Shown in pieces: positions 42,340 to 58,263 of a stretch of DNA of 64,000 bases. The position numbers and the translations under genes were made by a program. This DNA is from the human T2T-CHM13v2.0 reference genome, Homo sapiens, in NCBI RefSeq assembly GCF_009914755.1, contig NC_060936.1. One strand, 5' to 3'. Within the stretch, counting starts at the first letter, position 1. Each line of letters begins with the position of its first letter. A model generated the notes under the pieces. It saw nothing but the letters and a program-made list of their open reading frames with translations, did not search any database and was not told the origin of the DNA.

Positions 42340-42900
42340 TGAGGCACTTGGCTCACCTCCTTCTAATTTGCATGATGAACCTGCTTGGGTCTCTGATTAA
42401 CCCCAGGAAAGCATGAAAATGAGCATTTGACATCATCAAGGGCATCCATGCTTGCTCCTCTTTGGAGAAAGGAGCTCCTCTATTCAGGCTTTCACGTTTG
42501 AAAATAATAAGCAAGTTCAGCTCATTTCTCCACCCCAGGCTGCAAACTGCAGCCTTCTCCTGTCTCCGTGCACACCCCCAGGAACCGTGTTTGCTAACAA
42601 CCAAGAGGAAGGTGTTTTGCTTTTCAAACAAGCCTGAACCCCAATTGGTTTCTCAGCGACTTGATCCTCATTGGTGGCAACTGCGGTTTCTCATCCAGCG
42701 TTGTTATTGATTTGGTCATAAGTAATTAAGGAGATAATTCTTACTCAATTACATTTCCTTGAATTTCCTGAGGTTGCTAACTCTGTTCCCCGGCTGTATT
42801 TTCTTTTCCAAATTAATTTTGTCTTGACTCTGAAATGAGCATGGATATTACAAGGCTTGTTGTGCTTGTTGATTTTCACGGTAACAAAGTCGGGCTCTGT
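42340..42900. promoter_or_regulatory. Candidate conserved non-coding element
   Basis: Unique sequence with octamer ATTTGCAT 42366, ONECUT-like TATTGATTT 42705 and GTAATTAA 42722. Confidence 0.35.
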
Positions 42901-43204
42901 ATTTTAACTCCAACTAGGGCTCTCAAACTCTGTTAGTTTTTAGAAAATTAATGTAAAACATTCTCAGATTTAAAAAAAACCAAAAACAAATATCATCAAA
43001 AATCTTCTGCTGTAAAGCAGGAGTCCCTCTTCCCTGCCCTCTTCTCATCCTTGATGCCATCCCTCAGGGCAGCCGTGTCTAACACTTTTTGCTACTTCCT
43101 CCAATGACCCGTGCCTCTAAATTATATAAGTTTTACGTGTATTTCTTAGTTTATGCATTTAAAACTTGAATAATTTTCTGCTGTGAAAGATGAGGATCTA
43201 GTTA

Positions 43205-43658
<454 letters not shown>

Positions 43659-44640
43659 TCACCCTAGACAGCGTCTTTGACTCCTTACTTTGTGGAAGAG
43701 ATGAGGGTCTCATCAGCTCCCCTTGCGTCTTTATTACTATTTTTACATTGTCAAGATCAATAGCATTCACATTCCATACCCATAATTCAGTTTCCCAGGC
43801 TTTGTCTCTGAGTTGTCTAAAAGTTGAAAAATCAACACATATTGAAGTTTTATTTTCATCCCTTCATCCACTCACTGAACAAATAACTGCCAAGAAGCCA
43901 CTCTTTGTTTGGCATTGTGCCTGAAACCAAAAACACAATGTGACAAGGTCATACTCCTCACATACATTGCAATGCTAGAATCCAGAGGAGGAGAGAGAAA
44001 ACAGCATTTACAATGTAAGAGGAATAGCTGCTTAAATCAGTGGTTTTGAATATGTTTAAAATATGAATACAAAACATAATAAAAAGGTAAGCTGAATATA
44101 GCAAAAAAAAAAAAAGGTTTTAAATTGGAGCTGCTTGGTTTTCTTTTTACTTCATGAATATAAGCCAAGTCTTGGTGCTCCAGCCCCACCCACTTACCTA
44201 CATACCCCCACTGATCCTCAGGCTGAAGCCAGAGCACCAGAGGATGCAATACACTAGGGTTTCTCTACTTCCTCCAGGGACTGAGACATGGTGACAGGCA
44301 TCACGGCTGCATTTTGGTTTCATGTTTGTAAAGTTCCTTCATCAGCAGTGAGTCTTTACAGCATTCAATGTTCATAACACGCTGGCTGGAAATACCACTT
44401 TAGGGACAGCTAAGGACAAATATCTTCTTGTCATGAGAGGTGCCAGAACAGTCACCACAATGCCAGTGGGGTCAGCAGAGAACACCGAGGGGACATCCAG
44501 GGCCATAGGGGGGTATATTCTGACTGCCCTTGGCATGAATGTCCCATCCAGGTGGGGTGTGTGTACGTAAATGGAGCATAACACTAGAAGCCAGGTGGCC
44601 AAGTGCAGTAGGAAAATTAAAATTATAAGATGATGTATCT

Positions 44641-44966
<326 letters not shown>

Positions 44967-45904
44967 ACTAAAAATATGTTGTATCTATCCAAGCACACAT
45001 GCATGCATATGTACCAATTAAGAAAGCCCGAGATTGTTGTTCTACTTGCTTACCTTGGAAACGACCCAGTAGTTTCTTCACTTAATGATCACCACTGGGT
45101 TCATTTCCAGACCCTGTAGTTATATGCAGTCACTCTGCCCCTCCATGCCTTGGTAGTGGCTTTTTTTTAACCTATAAAATGGGCACTCCAGAAGGTGTAT
45201 TTCTTATGGCTCTTGCCCAAACAGTTAGCAAATGGCAGAGCTGGGATTTAAAACCAAGTCTGTCTGATTAAGTCTGTGCTTTTCAATACTACAATCTACT
45301 GTCTCCTGTGGTAGTTCAGTTATGGAATGATCTTGTTTACAACCAAGTCATGCCCAGGCCGTGGACAAAAAATTAAATTAAATTAAAAATAAAAAGGTTT
45401 TCTCTGCTTTATTTTATTAGAAATAAAAAGGTTTTTTTTAAATGCATATGGGAGCCAGCTAATGGCTCACACCCTGAAACAGACCAACACATTTTTCTTG
45501 CCAATAGGGGAGACTGTTATAGTCAAAGAAGAGCTATTAATTTTGTGACTAGCCCCTAAAGAGAAAGTAAATGAGTTTATGTAACCCAAATCATCAACTG
45601 TTTCTTGTGGAGAGTTTATTCCTGTATAGCTGTATTTCAGTTACATATTTCTATGTGACAAATTACTCTAAACCTTAGCAGCTTAAGGCAACAAACATTG
45701 ATTATCTCACAATCTCTGTGGGTCGGGAATCTAGGCATGGCTTAGCTGGGAGCCTCTGCTTCAGGATCTCCTGAGGCCACACTGAAGATGGCAGCTGGGC
45801 CTACAGTTATTTCAAGACTCAACAGGGAGACGGCTCACTCCTGAGCTCATACACTTGGCTATTGGCTGGTATCAGGTGCTTTCTGGCTGTAGGCTAGAGA
45901 TGTA

Positions 45905-46294
45905 TTAGGCTGGTGCAAACGTAGTTGTGGTTTCTGCCATTTAAAAGTAATAGCAAGGGCTGGGCGCAGTGGCTCACACCTGTAATCTCAGCACTTTGGG
46001 AGGCCGAGGTGGGTGGATCACGAGGTCAGGAGATCGAAACCATCCTGGCTAACACGGTGAAACCGTGTCTCTACTAAAAAAAATACAAAAAATTAGCCAG
46101 GCGTGGTGGCGGGCGCCTGTAGTCCCAGCTACTTGGGAGGCTGAGGCAGGAGAATGGTGTGAACCTGGAGGCAGAGCTTGCAGTGAGCCGAGATCAGGCC
46201 ACTGCACTCCAGCCTGGGTGACAGAGCGAGACTCCGTCTCAAAAAAAAAAAAAGAGTAATAGCAATAACCTCAATGACATTGGCACCAACCTAA
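45905..46294. mobile_element. MADE1 (mariner MITE) split by AluY
   Basis: TA-flanked TIRs ttaggctggtgcaaa ... tggcaccaacctaa. Confidence 0.85.
45958..46253 (+). mobile_element. AluY
   Basis: AluY diagnostics; TSD agtaatagcaa. Confidence 0.95.
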
Positions 46295-46671
46295 TAAGTT
46301 TCTTGCTATGTGGACCTCTCCCAAAGAGAAGCTCACAACTTGGAAGCTGGTTTTCCCCAGATCAAGAGCAGGTGCCCAAGACAGAAGCCATGTTTATCCT
46401 GTAACCTCATCTCAGAAGGGACATTGCATCACTTTTGCCATGTTCTAGTCATTAGAAGTGAGTTACTAGGTTCAGCCCAACCTCCAGGGGAGGAGATTAT
46501 ACAAGAGTGTGAGTACCAGGAGGTGGGTATCATGGGGGATATCTTAAGAGGCTGCCTACCACAGACTCCGGTGTAGGGGAAAGCAAAACCTAGATCCTGA
46601 TCATCGCCAACCTGGGTGCTGGGTGCCCCGGGATCTCCAGGCAAAATAAAAACACAGCTCTTGTCTTAGCA

Positions 46672-46835
46672 ACAGTGTTGCTCAACCTCAGCACTCTTGA
46701 AAGTTTGGAGCTGATACGGCTTTGTGGGGGAAGAAGGACTGTCCTGTATATTGTAGGATGTTTAGCAGCATCATGGGCATCTACTTACTAGATGCACCAC
46801 CCCCCAACCCCCAGCAAGTTGTGACAGCCAAAAAG
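46672..46835. mobile_element. MER20 fragment
   Basis: ctcaacctcagcact...tgtcctgtatattgtaggatgtttagcagcatc...tactagatgc. Confidence 0.8.
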
Positions 46836-48032
46836 AACTTCTGTAACACCTTGGGAAGTTGCCTGGTTATCTACTGAAGGTCTCCCTTGCAATGAGGAAG
46901 AGGAGGTATTGCAGCTACTAGGCAGCAGCAAGACCTTAATGAATGACATCTTTATTGTCCCCAAAATGTACTCCAGCCCTCACACCAACAAACAATTAAG
47001 AAATGCAAAAAGATAAATGATTTGAGATTTTGCAAACATAGAAGACTGGGATTTCACTCAATATCCATTTTCTGTGTTCTAATAAAACTTTATTTACAGA
47101 AACAGGCAGGCTTTTCCGTATCTTCTTGGTCCTCTGTGTTCCTTGACAGTTTCCCCGTGTGTCAGTCTTTGGCCTTCTAATCTTCATAATCTTAGTATCC
47201 TCTTCTCCCCTCCTCCCTCCAAGGCCCCCCTCTCTGTCTCTGTCTGTCTGCCTCTCTCTGTGTGTCTCCTTCTCACTCTTTCTCTCTCTCTGCCCTCTTT
47301 TCCCACCTCCCTCTCTGACAGTTAATTCAACACTCCTTACCTTAACTTCCAATTCCATCCTCTTCTCAGAGCTCCAATCCATGCATTAATGACAGCCTCT
47401 TAGCCACCACTCTTGTTCCCAGATTCAGCTCCAAAGACTCAAGAGTTTGGCATCAACCTGCTCCAGCCTCCTTATAGTCCCACGATACTCAATACCCTGA
47501 CGCTCTCCAAGATACATTGTTATGTCAGGGGAAATCAGGACACAAACAGTGCTACCATGTGTATTTGTGTGAAAGGTAGATGCTAGTGTTGGAAAGAGTG
47601 TGTGTGTGTGTCTGTGTGTGTGTGTGTGTGTGTGGTTTCCAAATCTCTCTGGAAGGATACACAAGAACTTGATAACACTATTCATTTCCAGGGAGGGAAA
47701 TGAATGGTTTGAGGACAAGGTGGAAGTAATACATTTTAAAAAGTGATGTACCTTTTGATACATTTTTTTAAACCATTTGAAAATACTACTTGCTTTAAAA
47801 AAACTAAAGTAATAAAAAATGAAATGACAGAAAACTCAGTGCTCCATCTTCAGTCCTTCACTGGGCCCTCACCCCTAAGCTGATTTTGCCGAAATGGCTT
47901 CTCAACAGCATTACCAGCTTCAGGAATGTTCTCTCCTGCCTCGTGACATCAGGAAAACCTTCATCACCACACCCCAATACACACACACACACAGGCACAC
48001 ACACACATCCCATACTCTGCATTCCAACCATT

Positions 48033-49245
<1,213 letters not shown>

Positions 49246-50329
49246 CACCCTTTCCCCCAAGTTTTGTGTTCAGCACAGTCTGAATCGCTGCCAACAACCC
49301 TTCCAGCCCCCACACGGTTTGATGCCTGCACTTTCCTACATTGTAGTTAAGTGTCTCCTACTAGACCACCAGATCCCTGAGGAAAGGATGGCCCCTTGTT
49401 CAGCACCACATCCTCAGATATTTTCTAACTCCTAATAGATATTTAAGAAATATGTGAGCTGCTCTTGCCCCTCACTGAGCCTCAAAAGGTAATCCATGTA
49501 AATTTCCATCGAATGGCATCCAGGGGACAGCATTGTAGAATTCATATCCCAGCATCTCTGGTGTCACACTAAAGCTCAGCCCAAGAGTCAAGCTTCATCC
49601 AGCCCCAAGCAGCTCTCCTGAATCTTGGCTCTTTTCTCTTTCACCAGTGGCTTAAGCTCAGCTCTGCTTCTGCTCTTCACATTAAAAAAAAAAAATGAGG
49701 TTAAAAGTTATTAGCCAATGGGAGGCTGTGTTTCTTTGGACCTTCAGGGGGTTCACTTGATTGTTGCAGAGATGTCAACTTTATCTTCTTCCAGGGAGAG
49801 AGAAAACGGATGGAAGCCACTTGGGGGCTTAACCACCAACACACATCCTTCTTATCAGGACATTGGCAATATGAAAGGATACTTTCTTAGGTCACTCTTT
49901 GTTTCATTTATCCAGGATGAATTGCCAAATAAATTTTTTCATTTCCAAGAAAGGAAGTAAACTGTGGTGTAATATGCAATAAACAGAGCCCTGCAGCCAA
50001 CAGGATACGTTTAAACTTCTGGTTCTAGCCCTCACTCACTCGCTGGGTGACCTCTGGCAAGTTATTTAACTTCTCTGGGTCTCGGTTCTCTTAATCAGAA
50101 AATAGAGATAATCATGCTATCAACTTTTGGAGTGGCTGTGAATATTTAATGAGAAAAGACAGGTAAAGCCCCCCACCCCCCCCCACCCCCCCATGCAGGA
50201 ATGGTAATGGGGCACATTGATGCTGCTGTTCCTTACTGGGTCTGTGGCAGACATTGCTAATCAATCACAGATACTTCTTCTGATAAGACTGGACTGGAGG
50301 ACACTCCAGACAGAATGACTACTCGTGGG

Positions 50330-50960
50330 TAGATTGAAGCTAGCGCTCAGATTGGAGCCCATTTGCCATCTCAAGCCTCCCGCATTTCCAGACACGCCAT
50401 TTGCAAGGTTCACGATACAGAATAGAGTGGTTGTCACATCCCGGGGCTCCTGTTTCCTGAAGCTCCTCCAGGACTTTGAACAGCAGCCGCTAGCCCATCG
50501 TACAGATTCCCATTAGCTCCCAGGGTCTGACAGCTGGACTGCTGGCCCCTCATACCTAGTCTTTCAAAAGAGCTTATGAGATTAATGCATTTGATTAATT
50601 TTTTTAACTGGGTGGATAACACATTGGCTGTTGGCATGCCAGCTCAGTCTCAGGGCTGCTGGGGGCTCATTGATGCTGGCAGCCAATTTCCATTTCAATC
50701 AAGTGAGAGAAGAGGGAGGCAGAGAAAGAGATTAAAAGAAACCAGGACTTGATTGAAAGCTATGGCATCTAGCGCCACCTACTGTTATATCGCTGCATCG
50801 CTACTTTTGCTGACCATCGGGTCACTGACAGTCTTGCTCGGCCCTTAAGGCATCGCGGGGGGAACATTTTCGTGATCTCACACAAGTTATATTTTTCATT
50901 CATAGCTCATAATTGATTCAATGTGTATAAACTACAGGTACTCCTGGTATAGTGAGAGTA
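50330..50960. promoter_or_regulatory. Candidate conserved enhancer
   Basis: Unique, relatively CpG-retaining; TCF CTTTGAA 50474, MEIS TGACAG 50528, PBX-HOX TGATTAAT 50592, NKX TCAAGTG 50699. Confidence 0.4.
50770..50788 (-). promoter_or_regulatory. CTCF motif
   Basis: Minus strand reads ataACAGTAGGTGGCGCTA versus the core CCASYAGRKGGCRS, with one mismatch at the first C. Confidence 0.55.
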
Positions 50961-51441
50961 ATAGTGACATTTCCTTGGCTTGTTTTGGTTCACAAAGCCC
51001 TGTGTACCAAGTGGGCCTCTCAGCATCCTCATGGCCCCTGCATGAAGATTAGGCAGTGCCAGGTGGGAGCCCGGAGGTACACAAGAGATGACTTTCTTCG
51101 GGTCACGCAGGTGTGGTGCATGGAGAGGGGATTCCGACTCCACATTCTTTTCTCCTGAATCCGTCCCTTGTCCACCTCTGCTCCCCCAGCCCACCTTGGG
51201 GCCTGGCTCCTCAAGCCCCTCAGAGAGCAGTCCCCACTCCATATGTGCCAGTGCGTAATGGGGATTTTACTGAAGGGTTCACAGAAGAGAGGGAGAAGGT
51301 TACATTGCACCTCACACAGGAAAAAACAATAATACAGTCCTTTAGCTGCTTGTGGGTTCTTTTCTGGATGTCAGTTCCCCCTCCCTCACCTCTTCTCCCA
51401 GGCCCCCTCCTAACCCTGCACTGTCTATCACTCTGGTTTGC

Positions 51442-51729
51442 TTTTTTTTAGATGGTATCTCACTCTGTCACCCAGGCTGGAGTGCAGTGGTGCGATCTTG
51501 GCTAACCACAACCCCTGCCTCCTGGGTTCAAGCGATTCTTCTCCCTCAGCCTCCCAAGTAGCTGGGATTACAGGCACGCACCACCACACCCAGCTACTTC
51601 TTTTCTTTGTAGAAGAGAGGGGATTTCACCGTGTTGGCCAAGCCGGTCTCTAACTCCTGACCTCAAGAGATCTGCCTGCCGCAACCTCCCAAAGTGCTGG
51701 GATTACAGGTGTGAGCCACCACGCCCGGC
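51442..51729 (-). mobile_element. Alu (AluS)
   Basis: Antisense Alu consensus. Confidence 0.93.
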
Positions 51730-51929
51730 CACTCTTGTCTTTATTAGCTGGAGCCATCCTCACTGTGTGTCTCCCTCAACCCTCTTCATACTCACCTTCC
51801 TTCTCAGCAAACCCTTCTTTAAAAACAGGAAGGATTTAAGAAAGAAAATAGTGGAATAATGTCTTTCCTTCCAGTTCAAAGGATGGGAAGACTGAATTTT
51901 CAGGGAGGCTTAATGGCTGAGGACTCAAG

Positions 51930-52259
51930 TTTTTTGTCTTGTTTTGGTTTTTGTTTTTATTTCATTTTGTTTTGTTTTTAGAGACAGAGTTTTACTCTGT
52001 TGCCCAGGCTGGAGTGCAATGGTGCAATCATAGCTCACCACAACCTCAAACTCTCGAGCTTAAGTGATCCTCCTGCCTCAGCCTCCTGAGTAGCAAGGGC
52101 TACAGGTGCATGCCACCATGTCCAGCTAATTGTTTTGTTTTTTGTAGAGAGAGAGGTCTCACTATGTTGCCCAGGCTGGTCTCAAACGCCTGGCCTCAAC
52201 TGATCCATCTTGCCCTCCCAAAGTTCTGGGATTACAGGCATGAGCCACCACACCTGGCC
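51930..52259 (-). mobile_element. AluJ
   Basis: Antisense Alu with gtgcaatcatagctcac and gggctacag; (TTTTG)n tail. Confidence 0.92.
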
Positions 52260-53140
52260 TGAAACCTAGTTTTAAATGCAGGAAGACCAGGGTTCTCATC
52301 CTGGTTCTGACCACTGACCAATTGTGTAACCTTGAACAACTTCATCTATTCTTCCATTTCTCCTTCTGTAAAAGGGACAGTTATTTTTTAATAACCATCT
52401 CATTGGTTTGTTGGAAGAAGTAAATGAGATTGATAATGCAAAATGCTTAGCACAGTGCTGATGTGTAGCAATTCTTCAATAATTTGTCAGTTTCGGTGAC
52501 TTAGCCTCACCTTTTTTTCCACTCACTGATTAAAGGGAGATTCCATTCACTTAGACTAAAATGCAAATAGTGTATCTCTCCAGAGTTGTGCAGCGTCCAA
52601 CCTGTGCATCCTTATATGACAGCCTGCCAGGCTTACAGAGACCAAGGAATGCATCACAGCAAAGAGTTAAAGGATAAACCACAGCTAACAAATTGAAAGT
52701 GAACTGATAGCACAAAAGCATCCTAGGAAAAGAGGGCAGCAGGTGCAAAGACCCTGTGATCAGAATGAGCAAGACACTTAAGGGAGGCTCACTGGCTAGA
52801 CCATAGAGATCAGGACAGTGGAGCAATGCAAGATCACACTGAAGGCAGGAGCTAGATCACAGAGCTGTGTAGTTCCCAGCAAGGATTTTGGACTTTAGTC
52901 TAAAAACAATAAGGAAAATTTTAGGCAATGGAGTCATGGGATTGGGTGTGCATTTTGGAAGGGTCAGCTATGTGGACAATGGACAAGGAAAACAAGAATG
53001 GAGGAGAGAGGTCATCGGAGGCTGTGTCTGTTGTCCAGGTGGCTTGCAGCAGCGTGGGAATGACACTGGTGGGAAGACAATGGAGGGAAAAGACTGGAGA
53101 GCTCTCTAGGAAGCAAAGTCAACAACTTGGTAAATTAGCT

Positions 53141-53335
53141 CAGGGCTTAGTAAACTTTTTCTGGAAAGGGCCAGATGGTAACATTCTAGGCTGTGCAGCC
53201 TCTGAAATAACTACTAAACTTCGCTGTTATAACAGGAAAACATCCACAAACAGTAATAAGCACATGGGTGTGACTGTGCCCAATAAAACTGTAATATACA
53301 AAAGCCAGCTGCAGGCTGTAGTTTGCTGATCCCTG
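53141..53335. mobile_element. MER58A
   Basis: cagggcttagtaaactttttctggaaagggccagat...gtagtttgctgatccctg TIRs. Confidence 0.8.
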
Positions 53336-53511
53336 GATTAGATAAGGGTAGGGGAGGGTATCAAGGATTGGAGGGTACTGAGCTCTCCCACTTCCTGTCT
53401 CTGTGACCTTGAATAATTGACTTAACCTCTCAGATACTGGGTTTCCTTTCCAGGAAAACAGGAATAAGGATTCCTCATAGGGTTGGCATGAGGATTAAAT
53501 AAGGCAGTGTT

Positions 53512-53812
<301 letters not shown>

Positions 53813-54250
53813 TAAGGCAGTGTCTGCTGTGGGACAAACAGGGAGGTCTCATTCATGAACACACTCCAGTGAGGAATATCCAGCTACATTCAAAATGGCC
53901 ATCAAGGGTAGAAAATGAAGTTCTTTATTACTGAGGCCCTTACACAAAGAACAAATAGAACTTACACAGAAAAATTGGAATCTTTAGGAAGGGGAAAAAA
54001 ATCCCTGCTGATTACAGCTTTCCTCACACAGCTCAATAGATTTTTTTTTACTTCAAAACAACTCTATAGGTGGGAAGAGGGCTCCAGCCTGAAGCAGGAC
54101 TGAAGAACAGATAAATTGCATGGCATTAAATAGAATGCTTATTTTGCTGGTTATCTTTTTCTTTCAGGTGCCCTGAGTTTTTTCAAAAATTTCCCCACAA
54201 ATCAAGGGTTGGGCCAGGATTTAGAATGGAGTCTTTATAAAGAGATTCCC

Positions 54251-54550
54251 GGCCGGTCGACGTGGCTCATGCCTGTAATCCCAGCACTTTGGGAGGCTGA
54301 GATGGGCAGATCACCTGAGGTCAGGAGTTTGAGACCAGCCTGACCAACATGGTGAAACCCCATCTATACAAAAAAATACAAAATTATTCGGGCATGGTGG
54401 CACATGCCTGTAATCCTAGCTACTTGGGAGGCTGAGGCAGGAGAATTGCTTAAACCTGGAGGCAGAAGTTGCAGTGAGCCAAGATCGCGCCATTGCACTC
54501 CAGCCTGGGCAACAAGAGCGAAACTCTGTCTAAAAAAAAGAAAAAAAGAA
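54251..54550 (+). mobile_element. AluSq-like
   Basis: aacaagagcgaaactc diagnostic. Confidence 0.94.
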
Positions 54551-54583
54551 CATTCCCACCCCTCCCCTCATCAAAGTTTAACT

Positions 54584-54755
54584 CAGTAGTGTTCTCAATT
54601 GAGGGTGATTCTGCTTCCCAGAGGACACTTGGCAATGTCTGGAGACATTTTTATTGTTGTAACTTGCAGGAGAGATGCTACATTGTATGATGTACAAGAA
54701 AATCCCCCACAACAAATAGCGATTTGGTCCCAAACTTCAGTCATCCTGAGGAAGA
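54584..54755. mobile_element. MER20-like fragment
   Basis: ttctcaattgagggtgattctgc...gacacttggcaatgtctggagacatttttattgtt. Confidence 0.75.
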
Positions 54756-55409
54756 GAGATCTTGTTAACCAGCCTGGGATGTTGCCTGGAGGAGGAAATG
54801 GTTTATCTTTACTTTTTGGAATACATCAGCAAGATTTTTCTTTCTACCCCCCTTTTTCCTTTTTCTCTTACTTTATCTCTTTTATTGGCTTTTGGCTGAC
54901 AGGCAGGCATACAATCCTCCTTCCCAGAGCACCCAATTTCCTTTTATGGAGTTACTTCTGCTCTATTAGATACAATCAGGCTCTGTCCCCCTAGTTATTT
55001 AACTAGTACCTGGTCCTGAGCAGGTGCATAGTGGCCCCAGAGAGCCCAGTAAAGGAAGTGGTTAAGGTGTGACCTTAATTAAGTCCTCAAGAAGAGGTAC
55101 TGACATAGCCAGGGCCTCAACACTTAGCCAAAACAAACAAATCAACCAAAAAACTATGACAGGTGGTGACTTGTAGGTTCTGCTGGGCCACAATTTCTCC
55201 AGCCTCAGGGGCATGGGTCCTACCTTTGTTTCCCAACTTCATCCAAGCTCCCACCCTGAATGTCAGCAAGAAGCCCAGACCCTTCCTTTAGTCCCAAAGC
55301 ACGGCTTCCATAAGGCAGTCCTGCTTCACTGACATTTACGGAAGACCCAAGCAAATTAACTGCAGCAAAGGAAAACCTGAAACTGGGGTTTCAGTCACTT
55401 CATATTTTT

Positions 55410-56990
55410 TCCCTAACTTGTAAAAGATTGTAGAAGATTCCAAACCTACAGAAAGTTTGCAAAAATAGTACAACAGGCAGTCAAATACCCTTAACTTAAA
55501 TTCACAATGTTATCTTTTTGTCATGTTTTTAACATGTTTCCATGATATTTTTCATATGTATGTATGTATGCATACATGTGTGTATATATGTATGTATGTA
55601 CTATATATATAATATGTGTGTATATTTACAATTTTTTAAGCTGAGCCTCTTGAAAGTCAGTTACAGACACTTCACACCTAAACACTTCAGCATGTATTAC
55701 CGAAGGACATTCTCCTTCATAGTCACAATACAGTTAACACAGAAATTTCACATTAACCCAGTGCTATTATCTTTTTCTTTCTTTTTCCTTTTCTTTCTTT
55801 CTTTTTTTTTTTTTTTTTTTTTTTTTTGGAGATGGGGTCTCACTCTGTTCCCCAGGCTGGAGTGCAGTGGCGCAATCTCAGTTCACTGCAGCCTCTGCCT
55901 CCTGGGGTCAAGTGATTCTCCTGCCTCAGCCTCCTGAGTAGCTGGGACTACAGGTGCACGCCACCACGCCCAGCTAATTTTTGTATTTTCAGTAGAGACA
56001 GGATTTCACCATGTTGGTCAGGCTGGTCTCCAACTCCTGACCTCAGGTGATCCACCCACCTCAACCTCCCAAAGTGCTGGGATTACAGGCGTGAGCCCCA
56101 ATGCTATTATCTAACATAAAGTTCATGTGCAGATGTCCCTAGTTATCCCAGTCATGCCCTTTATAGCCTTGTCTCCAGTCCAGCATTCAATCAAGGGACC
56201 ATGCATTTCATTTAGTTGTTGTGTCCCCTTGGTGTCCTAGAGAAACAGATCTTCTGCCTTCTTCCTCTTTTATGACATTGTTAGAATACAAAGAGGTGTA
56301 TCCCTTGGACTTCTCTCCAAGAAAGAACTTGCCAGCAGGCGGCACAGGTAGCTGAGACTCTCCAGCTGTTGACACCGCCAGCATCCACAGCAGCTTTCAT
56401 GCAGCGGAAGTCAGAAGCTTCCCCAGAAATTCCCCATCAGTGGGCACTGGCCATTTCTGCCTTGTGCTTGGGCTCAATCAAGCAATCTTTGCTCTGGATC
56501 TCCCTGTTGCATTGGCTGGACTCTGTCAGATCTGCATCATGGTCTAGGGCTCCCCTGCCAAATCCCACTTCCTCCTCCTTTTCTCTTTCATGGGCTTACC
56601 CGCAATGAGCATTTTGTAGTCCTTTCTCCGTGTCTGCTTCCCAGAGGCCCCAACAGACACAGACATTGATATCTTTTAAGAGTCCAGATCACCTATTTTG
56701 TAAAATGACCTTCACTTTTTATTTTTCTGATTGCTTTCTCATGATTAGATTCAGATTGGACCTCTGGGGCAGGACATGTATGTAGGTGATGTAACCATGT
56801 AGGCGATGCTGTGCCCTTCCCAGTGCATCACTTCAGGTTCACCTGATAAGAGTTTGTCCTGTCATTGGTGATGCTAAGCATAGCCATGATGGTTAAAGTG
56901 GTGTCCGCCAGACCTCACCGTTATATGGGTATCTCGTTTCCTTTGTAACGAATCATTAACCTGTGGGGTTAAACCTTGAGACTGTGATGC
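55410..56990 (-). mobile_element. L1MC-like relic interrupted by an Alu and an LTR fragment
   Basis: caaacctacagaaagtttgcaaaaatagtaca...ttcacacctaaacacttcagcatgtatt...ctcatgattagattcag. Confidence 0.65.
55772..56097 (-). mobile_element. AluS, slightly 5'-truncated
   Basis: TSD cca(g/a)tgctattatct. Confidence 0.94.
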
Positions 56991-57258
56991 ATTCATCTTC
57001 TCATTCATTCAGCAATGACAGAAAGAATGCAGAGCCAGGCCCTGTACCATGTGCTGAGTATCAGAAGCTTCCTTCCCAGGGATCATTGTTCCTTCTCCTC
57101 TTCTTCCCAGAGGACTCCTGCTGCTTTGTCTCCCCTAAGTTCTCAGTAGAGGACTTGCTCGTCTCCCCAGATGACAGTCTCTCCTTCTACCACCTCTCCC
57201 TGACAATCAAAATTTCCTATAAAAGATGCAACCTGTCTTCAACAAGGAGAGCTGTTAA

Positions 57259-57566
<308 letters not shown>

Positions 57567-57743
57567 TGTTAAGTAATTCTATAGTATATTTCCTATTTCA
57601 GTTTGAAGGATCTGTGTGTGGATGAGGTCACTAATTCTGGGTATCTCTATGTGGGTAGGTACACATCTTACATTCTTATGACAAAAAAAATACCTCACTC
57701 TCCCCAAAAGGAACTGCCTATCAACACCATAAAACCACCAAAA

Positions 57744-58263
57744 TGGAGTATTATTCAGCTACAAAAAAAAGAGTGAGATCCAGTTATTTGCAACAACATG
57801 GATGGAACTGGAGATCATTATGTTAAGTGTGTTAAGTGAAACAAGCCAGACACAGAAAGACAAACATCACATGTTCTCACTTATTTGTGGGATCTACAAA
57901 TCAAAACAATTGAACTAATGGACATAGGTAGTAGAAGGATGGTTATTAGAGGCTGGGAAGGATAGTGGGGGATGGGGGGCAGAAGGTGGGAATGGCTAAC
58001 GGGTACCAAAAAAATAGAAAGAATGAATAAGACCTGCTATTTGATAGCACAACAGGTTGACTATAGTCAATAATAACTCACTTTTTAAATGACTAAGAGT
58101 ATAATTGGATTGTTTGTAACTCAAAGGATAAATGCTTGAGGGGATAGATGCCCCATTCTCCATGATGTGCTTATTTCACATTACATGCCTGTATCAAAAC
58201 AACTCATGTATTCCGTAAATATATGCACTTATTATGTACCCACAAAAATAAAAAATAAAATAT
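57744..58263 (+). mobile_element. 5'-truncated L1MA insertion
   Basis: gcaacaacatggatggaactggagatcattatgttaagtg...; A tail; 14-bp TSD taaaaccaccaaaa at 57730-57743 and 58264-58277. Confidence 0.92.

Larger units (their letters stand above)
45632..46562 (-). mobile_element. MLT1 LTR hosting MADE1 and AluY
   Basis: tgtatttcagttacatatttctatgtgacaaattactctaaaccttagcagcttaagg...atcttaagaggctgcctaccaca. Confidence 0.75.

Noticed and set aside
54140-54175. Strong-looking splice acceptors (also ~24062-24077)
   Set aside because: No matching exon, donor or ORF can be supported from sequence alone. A lncRNA cannot be excluded without RNA data.
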